A stretch of 64,000 bases of DNA from the human T2T-CHM13v2.0 reference genome, Homo sapiens: NCBI RefSeq assembly GCF_009914755.1, contig NC_060935.1. One strand, 5' to 3'. Position 1 is the stretch's first letter. Each line of letters opens with the position of its first letter. Below, one piece after another: positions 55,900 through 64,000 of the stretch. The translations under genes and the position numbers were made by a program. The notes beneath the pieces are model-generated. The model was not told the origin of the DNA and made no database searches. It was given only the letters and a program-made list of their open reading frames with translations.

Positions 55900-56215
55900 G
55901 GCAGGGCACAGTGGCTCACGCCTGTAATCCCAGCATTCTGAGGGGATCACTTGAGCCCAGGAGTTTGAGACCAGCATGGGCAACATGATGAAACCCTATC
56001 TCTAGAAAAAATTTAACAATTAGCTGGGCGTGGTGGTGCATGCCTGCAGTCCCAGCTACCCAGGAAGCTAAGATGGGAGGATCACCTGAGCCTGGGAGGT
56101 CAAGGCTGCAGTGAGCTGTGATCATGCCACTGCACTGTGACACTCCAGCCTGGGCGACAGAGTGAGACTCCGTCTCAAAACATACAAACAATCAAAAAAA
56201 AAATAAAAACAAAAA
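55900..56215 (+). mobile_element. Alu (AluJ-like) in LGR4 intron 7
   Basis: Alu dimer; TSD AATGTTCCCTCA / AATGCTCCCTCA. Confidence 0.93.
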
Positions 56216-56673
56216 TGCTCCCTCATTCCTGTGTTTAAATATTTTTGTTCTTTCAAGTCTGGTCAAACTCCTTCCTTTTGGTGATGTTTTCTGCAGTAAC
56301 TCCAAACTTCAATTAGGTATTCTTCCAGAATGATTTATTTATCCTATTCATTCAGCATTTATTTCTACCTAGAAACAGCTGTCTGTCTTAACATGATCAG
56401 TTTCCCCAGTAAGACTAAGACTACAAGCTCCTTAAAGGCAGACGCTGTATATCAGGCCTTCTTGTTTTACCAGCATCTAACCCTATACATCAATCTATAC
56501 TCAAAATTGTCTCTGTCATCGAACACAATCCAACTTTATGATTATTTGTGTGTTTGTGTGCATGTATTATGGATATACGTAATGGAACAAGATGTTCTAA
56601 AATCCCATTGTTGGAACATTAAATGGTGAGTTTCAGGGATATGAAGACATAAAGAGAATGAAGCAATACTCAC

Positions 56674-56742
56674 AGCTCTTTAAGGCTAGGAAGGGCTTTA
56701 ATAGCCTGAGGAAATTCCCCCAAGTTATTATAATTCAAGTCT
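56674..56742 (-). CDS. LGR4: LGR4 exon 7 (LRR): DLNYNNLGEFPQAIKALPSLKE(L)
   Basis: ttctag|A and CT|gtgagt, 69 nt. Confidence 0.96.
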
Positions 56743-57222
56743 CTAGAAAAAAATGGGTGAAAATATATCAAAATATTAAATAGTGGTCATAATTCATAAG
56801 GCATTTTGTTACAGACAAGTATTTTTTTAAATCATATCCTCTGTATGGTAATCTTTCTTTATCAACCATATCGTCATTCAAAACCATGTAGGAGTTTAAC
56901 TGAATTTACACCTTTTCTTACAATAATGAATAGAGAGAAATCATTCTTCTTCCATGATGTTTTTAGGTCAAGAAACTTACAAGTTCAAATAATTTTCAGA
57001 ATCATGTATTACTGATGCATTAAATACATAAATCATCTGAATGGTATTTCTCTGAAAATTCATTCTAGAATATAATTCATTGAATATCCATTTGTAAATG
57101 ACAGCGTGAAACTGAGGTTTCCATTTGGAGTTCACAGTGGCTTCCTGAAATTCTGGTATAAGAGCAGCTGACCTCAGTTCCACCATCAGCGTGATGACCT
57201 GAGATAAAAATAATCAGAAGGA

Positions 57223-57534
<312 letters not shown>

Positions 57535-58821
57535 TCAGAAGGACCAGGGTAGATTCACACAACTGTTGTCCTCATACAAGTTATGAATTATTGGGAATTT
57601 TACATTAGTTAGGAGAAAGACAAGCCATAGTGATCTGTACTAAAAAGTCTTAGTTCTGAGAGTGTTTAAAGTTTAATTTCTTTTAACATAAAGAGCACAC
57701 TGGCATACGATTTGCATGATTGATTTCAGAATGAAAGTAAAATAAAATTAAAAGCTCAGCTCCTTTGAGACCTATTTTGGTTTCCTTTTCCTTTCTGTAA
57801 CATAGAAGAAACAATCGCAAATAAAAATTTAACTGGGAAGAGGTTTAATTTTAACATAATTGAAATAGTGTACACAGCTTAGGATTAGGAAACCTATTCA
57901 ATCTTTTATTTATAACACTAGAACTCACACACTTAGCAAAGGAGATCTGAGTTTGGAACTATCCTCTACAAGATTTTCAACTTTCATATATCCATTGATG
58001 TTTCCTATCCTCTAATTTAGATAGAAAAGTGAAATAATAGAGTCCTAAAAGATTTTAAGTCTTCTCATTAATTGACAGTTAACCAGAAAATTCAGTCAAA
58101 TAAAATACTACATACCCTGAGCATTCTAATCAGGTTTTACTCACCCATGTAATTGGGACCTTCTCTGAATCATTTACTCATCACAACAGCAAAAATTACA
58201 TTATCTTTGAATGAAGGCAATAAAGGCAACTAATATAGGCTAAAAGAACAAAAATAAATATCCTATTCTCAATTATACACAGCTACACAATGCCTTTTAC
58301 TTATATAGTGGTGCAATGTACAGTTGAAACAGCCAGAGGTCTCAAACACTTTAGCTCGTGGAAACAACAACAAAAGTATCATAGCAGAATATAAAATCTT
58401 CATTTGTTACTTGTAAAAGCAGATATAGTATTCAAACCCAGTGTTAACAATTAGAAGGCAACTGAGATCATGGAAAAAATAACACTATCCAGAATTCATT
58501 TTAGAACTTTCTAACTTCCAAAACTGTCATACATTTAACAAAACCAACATTTCTGGAAAGGTATAAATCTTTGTAGATTGAGCTGTTTTGAATGTGTATT
58601 CTTTGGGGGAAAATATGCAATTCACACTTTGCCATTTTTAGCCATGGACTTAGATTAGTATTCATAATTAGGTTATTTGATAGCAAGAATTTAATCCAGT
58701 ATCAAAGTGAATTAATAAGGAGCTGAACTTAAGGCCAATATTTTTTTCTTTTTCTGCAGTGAAGTATAAAATTATACTTTCAATATCACAATGCAGTTGC
58801 CCAAAATATGAATATACTTAC

Positions 58822-58893
58822 AAGGTCTCCAGGTTATCTAGTCCATCAAAACAGTGTTGACTCAGGCTTCTAATTTTATTGTTATGAAGATGC
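58822..58893 (-). CDS. LGR4: LGR4 exon 6 (LRR): HLHNNKIRSLSQHCFDGLDNLET(L)
   Basis: cttag|G and TT|gtaagt, 72 nt. Confidence 0.96.
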
Positions 58894-59738
58894 CTAAGGG
58901 GGAAAAAAAGCATAAAATGACTTTTCCATCTCCCATTGGCAACTATTATCATTGTTTTATATGTCTGAGTTGGTGTGTAAAGGAATGATGTAGCTAAACA
59001 TATCAACAGCTAAACAGCTAAACAGTTTTCTGTTGACCACAGAAAACAAGTGACATTGGATAGTTATCTCTTGCTATGTACACTGCACAGACTCACTAAA
59101 CATAGACTACCTCATGGAAAGAGAAAGTATCTTTAGTGGAAATATGGTACATACATGGAAGATTAATATTTATTCATATCAAAATAAAGTTTTGATTAGC
59201 TCTTAAATATATGAAGAAAAATTTGATGAGCTCTCTTACTGAGGACATGAGGGTAATGGTGTGGAGGAAGTGTGTAGTTTACACCAGTGAGATCTCCAAC
59301 AGATTTTAAAAGAAGCACTATTTTGTTATGTCTTGGAAGATTAAAAACACACTGCATCACATACTCTCTGAACAAGTGGAAAACACGAAATATCCCTGGG
59401 ACTAACTTCTATGGACACCTCGAAATGACTTCCCTTCTTTTAACATTGAATACGCTGCTGGGACACACGTAAAAGCTGTATAAGTGTGTGCTGAATGACC
59501 CAATTTCTTCTCATGATTATAACTGGTCATTTGTCTTAGGGAGATTCAACAATTATCATCAGCTGGTAATGTTTTAAATTATCCTATTCTGTTTAATATT
59601 GTACAAAAGCAGCTCCCAAAGCACTAACTACTCAGGAGCATATTCAGCGAGATGCCTTGATAATAATCTGTCAGAAGAAATCTGTTTTTGTACCCCAATT
59701 AACACAAATATATGGAATTAAAAGGGATAGATACTTAC

Positions 59739-59954
59739 AGAACTACCAGGCTTGAAAGGTTGGTAAATGCAAAGTCAGGGATACTTGAGATCTTGTTGAG
59801 AGCCAGGGTCAGCGCCTGTAGGGTGGGCAGATTGCTGAGGGGGTGCACAGGCACCTCCGTCAAGCTGTTGTCATCCAGCCACAGATGCCGTAACTGAACA
59901 AGTCCTTCAAAACTGTCCTCGGGGACTGAGGTAATATGGTTGGCATCTAAACGC
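59739..59954 (-). CDS. LGR4: LGR4 exon 5 (three LRRs): [71 protein letters not shown](L)
   Basis: gttag|G and CT|gtaagt, 216 nt; exons 1-4 lie beyond the window end. Confidence 0.97.
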
Positions 59955-61659
59955 CTAACAGAAACAAAAACAACCATGTTCAGTAACAAATTCTAGTGAA
60001 ATGAGTCAGTTCAAGTCTCACAACTCAAAGCTTTCAAAACAAAAAGGACTTATAAAAATTATCATCTTTAATTTTACTAGAAGTCCTCATAACATCTAAT
60101 AACTTTTTCATGATCTGTATAGTGTATGAAAGTCAGTTCTTTCTCTTTCTTCATAAGAATGGCATGTATCCAAATCTATATTCTTCAACTATCTTTGGCT
60201 TTTGGCTAAGAAGTAACTTTATAGCAGAAAGATATATTTTTTAAAAACACTTGCAAAGTTCATATTGAAATTATGTTTTAGAGCATAATTATCAGGCATA
60301 CAAAAAAAAAAAAAGAAACTAAACTGACCAAATAGGCTACTTTGCTTCCAATGTTACATTATAACTAACATTAGACATTAAATTTAGTTGCTACTCTGAT
60401 TCTGTACCAAAGAGAAATATTAGAAAATACTTAAAATTTTTGTATAGCAATAAAGAATCTAAATAGGTTTTCAATCATCCTTATTACCTCTAGGCAAGTT
60501 AAAAATATAAGTGTCATGTACAGGCAAAGCAACTTTTTCTTCTTCTCTTAGCAGTTAAGTGCTTTTGAAAAATCAGTATACCAAAATTAACAGTTATTAA
60601 GGTCAAATTATCTGTTGGAAAAACCAAGCAGCTCCTGGAATCAATGTTACTGTGGCTTTAAAGGTTCTTCAATTTTTCCAAAAATTTTGGAATTAAGAAC
60701 ACCTTACTAATAGGATTACTTATATTTAAAATTAAGTCCCCATCTGAAAATCAGGAAACTAAGTCCTACGTATTATTGTTGGCACAACAAGATGTAATTG
60801 TTGGAATAATTGCTTTTCAACACAAAGACAATCTGGTATTAATATGATGAGGGACACTACGTGCCAGGCAAATCACAGCTTTCCTCACAAATCCCTTGTT
60901 GATGTATCTTCATTACTTACATTCATGCCTCACAGCCTTGGACTTCTTTGTGAAAATTACAGAACAGAAAAAAACTGGTTAAAAATTCAAAATGCCTGCA
61001 TCTTTTTAAAGAAATAGTTTGACAACTTTCAGGTTCAGGAAATTCTGAGTTTTAGAGTGGTTTTTGTGCCTCCTGTTTCCTTGCGCTGTTCCAACTTCAG
61101 TTCCTGCCATAATTGTCCCTTTCCACCACAGTCAAGTTCTGGGCCCCTGGTCCCAATTAACTGCTCCCAGCCCCAGATGCATTTTCCCTTCCTAATGACA
61201 GATTAGCAGGGTTTAAAGATCATTGGTCCTGGTGAGTATCTGATGGAAGCTTTCTTTCTAATAGAGTCAAGATAACTGAAAGAACACTTAAAAAGGGAGA
61301 GCTTAGGATATTGAGCGGCTGCCTTAAGAATCTACCTAGAAACACACATTTTTAGATTTGTTTATTTTGGGGGCTTTTAGAACTTGCCCTGAGACAGGCA
61401 ACTTTTACATAACAGACTGGCCAAGTACTGGCTACAGAGCGGCAAAGTACTGCCTACAGAGCTGTTTAGGAGATTTGCTTTAATGAGCAGATAGAAGTGT
61501 GTTCAAACATGTGTGCACACACACATGCGCACACGCACACACACCCCTCATGGAACTTTTCCATTCTTAGGAAGAAAAAGACTTAAATACATAATCATAC
61601 AATTAAGCATATTATATAAATAAATATTAATGTAGCTAAATTATACTTGTAGATAATTA

Positions 61660-62230
61660 CCTGCAATTCACTCAACGCAGTTAAATTGAGCATCTTGTTA
61701 GGTACAAAGGATAAAATAGTTAACACAACAGGCATGAGGCCTGTCCTCAAGAGACTGACATTCCAGTGGCGGAGGTAACATACAACACAATAAACACGTT
61801 ACAAAATGATAACAAATACTCTAAAAACTACCTCTGGAATAGATAAACAGGGCACTGAGGTTAAAGACTGAGGGACTCTGAGGAGGAGGGTAGTTACTCA
61901 AAATGCATTTGGTCAAGAAAAGTATTTCTAAGGTGACATTTAAAGTGAGACCTAAAGAAAATGCAAGAATGAGTCAAAGTAGGAGCTGGGCAAGGAGTGT
62001 TTTAGGCAAAGGAAAGAGCCACGTCAGAGACCCAGTAGCAGAAACCAACTTAGTATGATCCAGCAACTCCCAGAAGGTTAAGAGTGATTAAAACACAGGA
62101 GGAGGGGAGTAGAGGGACCAGGGACACTCATGTGGCAGGGGATGCAAACAGGGTCCACATTCCTTAAGTCCCTATAGGCCAGGTAGGGGGTTTGGGTTGT
62201 ATTTTCATTACAAATTGAAGTTCCTTAGTG
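61660..62230. mobile_element. Probable L2 fragment in LGR4 intron 4
   Basis: L2-like phrases (cctgtcctcaagagactgacattccagtgg, ggtgacatttaaagtgagacct, tttaggcaaaggaaagagc). Confidence 0.6.
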
Positions 62231-64000
62231 TTACTGCAGCTGAAAAGTTTAAATTGTTTATTTTATCATGCTGATGATGTATATTCATATTCAATAAAAT
62301 AGTATGTAATGCACCTCCAAATACCTACAATGCCTCCACTGATACAGAAAATAGTATAACAAGGAAAGTGGTCAGTGCCTTTTTAATATAAATTCAGTAC
62401 TGTATACAACCGTTAAACTCTTGTGAATTCTGTGTCATCAAGGAAAAAAGATAGCCTTAACTTACTGCTAGAAAACTAGGTGAGTTTTGAGCTAAGACAG
62501 TAATAAAGCTATCTTCTATACAAAATAGCACAATACAACAATAAAAGCATGGATACAATTTCCTCCGTACTAAAAATTTCCAAAAAATTGTGAAGTCACA
62601 TATAAGTAGGGATTAAAAAGAACTATGGAAAAATGAAACTCTTAAATAAGAGGTTAAATGAGAAAAACGATTTGTGATGACTCAAATGGTTAATCCTTAT
62701 CTCTCAATTCACATGTGGGTGTGGTGAGGCACCCATAAGAGTAAAGAGTATGTACTTATACTGAGACCAGTGCTTCAGAGCACTGTCTCAGTGTGGCTTT
62801 GTAACAATGATCTATTCTATTAGTATTCACCCCAACTAACAGATGAAGAAAATACTATAATTCTTTAAGTAGATGCTGAAAAGCATCAGCTATCTCACAA
62901 AGTAGAAAGAATATGAGGGTTTATTCAAGGTATTTTTCTATTTAAACTCCATGTGGTAAGAGATTAAACTATTGCTTTGTTAATCGCAGTTTTCTTGTTA
63001 AACGGTGAATAACATATTTATTCACTCAATTTCTTTGTTATTTTTGTCTGGAAGACATGCTTCTATTTTCTATTCTCAAAAGCCTATTTTACAATTGACT
63101 GAAACTCATGTATTTTTAAATTTCTTGTTTAAACAAACTACAGTAACAAAATAATATTAAATGCAGATATTTAACTGTTGAAAGTCTTTGTTATCAATAA
63201 ACACCTGTATAATCAAAAGATCTCCTTTCTCTCTGTTCTAACTTACCAATAATGTAAGTGTTATAAACATATTTTAAAACTGAGAAAAACCTAGGAAAGT
63301 TAATCTTTGAGATCTTTTAATAGTCAATAAAAATGTAATCTGATGTTAAAAAATTTCTAATGGAGATAATTATGACATGTCATTTTAATACCCTGCTGAG
63401 GTAATGTTTTAGTTATTTTAACTTTATGGGAGGCAATTATGCTACCTTTTTATTAGTATCAACAATTGGCTTTCAGATTTTATAGTCATTATCAAACATA
63501 CACTTGCATCAAACCACTTCTGGTCAATTTCAATCCCTAATGAACTTTGCTTCTTTTAAGCACTATTCAAAACCACAATGAAATCTTTCATGTAATTCAG
63601 ATCTGAAGAACAGATTTTCAAAATGACTCAAGTGCTGATAAGACTGTTTTACACCATGAGAGAACTTTAACTCTATCTAACTTCACCACTGCACCCACTC
63701 TACTAACAAACGTATGAACATTTCCTCCTTAAAGAAAACAGGCCTGACACAGAGCAGCTCTTTGTGTTTCTGATGTATATGAAAACATCCCAAAGCCTTT
63801 AAAAAAAAGTTTGTTTTACCTCCACTCCATACACTCATCCCAATTTTGGAGATAATTTAAACTAAGCAATTTGCTCCATGAATGATAAGCACAGTATGCT
63901 TTTCTAAAACATGAAAGAGAAACCTATGATTTCTGTGAAAAACATCACTTTAAATCATCTACATTACCAATAAATGTCTCGTACTTTAATGTACTTATTG

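Noticed and set aside
58695-58710. TCF/LEF-like ATCAAAG motifs as Wnt feedback elements in LGR4 introns
   Set aside because: 7-mers at background frequency in AT-rich DNA, with no visible clustering.
61419-61462. 22-bp tandem duplication (2 mismatches); similar small duplications at ~21150-21195 and ~43836-43890
   Set aside because: Ordinary slippage duplications with no supporting context.

Overview
This is human (primate) genomic DNA at the CCDC34-LGR4 locus; its placement at chr11p14 comes from recognising the proteins, not from the sequence. Both genes are on the minus strand. CCDC34 is complete: six coding exons read by hand (37698->13322) sum to 1122 nt = 373 aa plus stop, with a CpG-island promoter carrying an RFX X-box. 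Upstream in tandem lies the 3' part of LGR4: exons 5-18 (numbered from the known 18-exon gene) encoding LRRs, hinge, 7TM and C-tail, plus a ~1.9 kb 3'UTR ending <3 kb from the CCDC34 promoter. The rest is intronic or intergenic DNA rich in L1, Alu, MaLR LTR, MIR/L2 and DNA-transposon relics, which explain most short ORFs in the track. No prokaryote-type system, CRISPR array, tRNA or rRNA is present. The most unusual unexplained structure is a ~275 bp, ~98% identical non-Alu inverted repeat in CCDC34 intron 1 (35162-35440 / 36759-37033). Other notable observations: a 20 bp X-box palindrome that is also an in-frame, optimal-Kozak upstream ATG; a GC-AG intron; a ~96 nt AG-exclusion zone; Alu-flanked, stop-free LRR exon blocks in LGR4; a 22 nt TPRT-like micro-insertion; and a G4 minisatellite. 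I cannot show that any of these is a new biological system.
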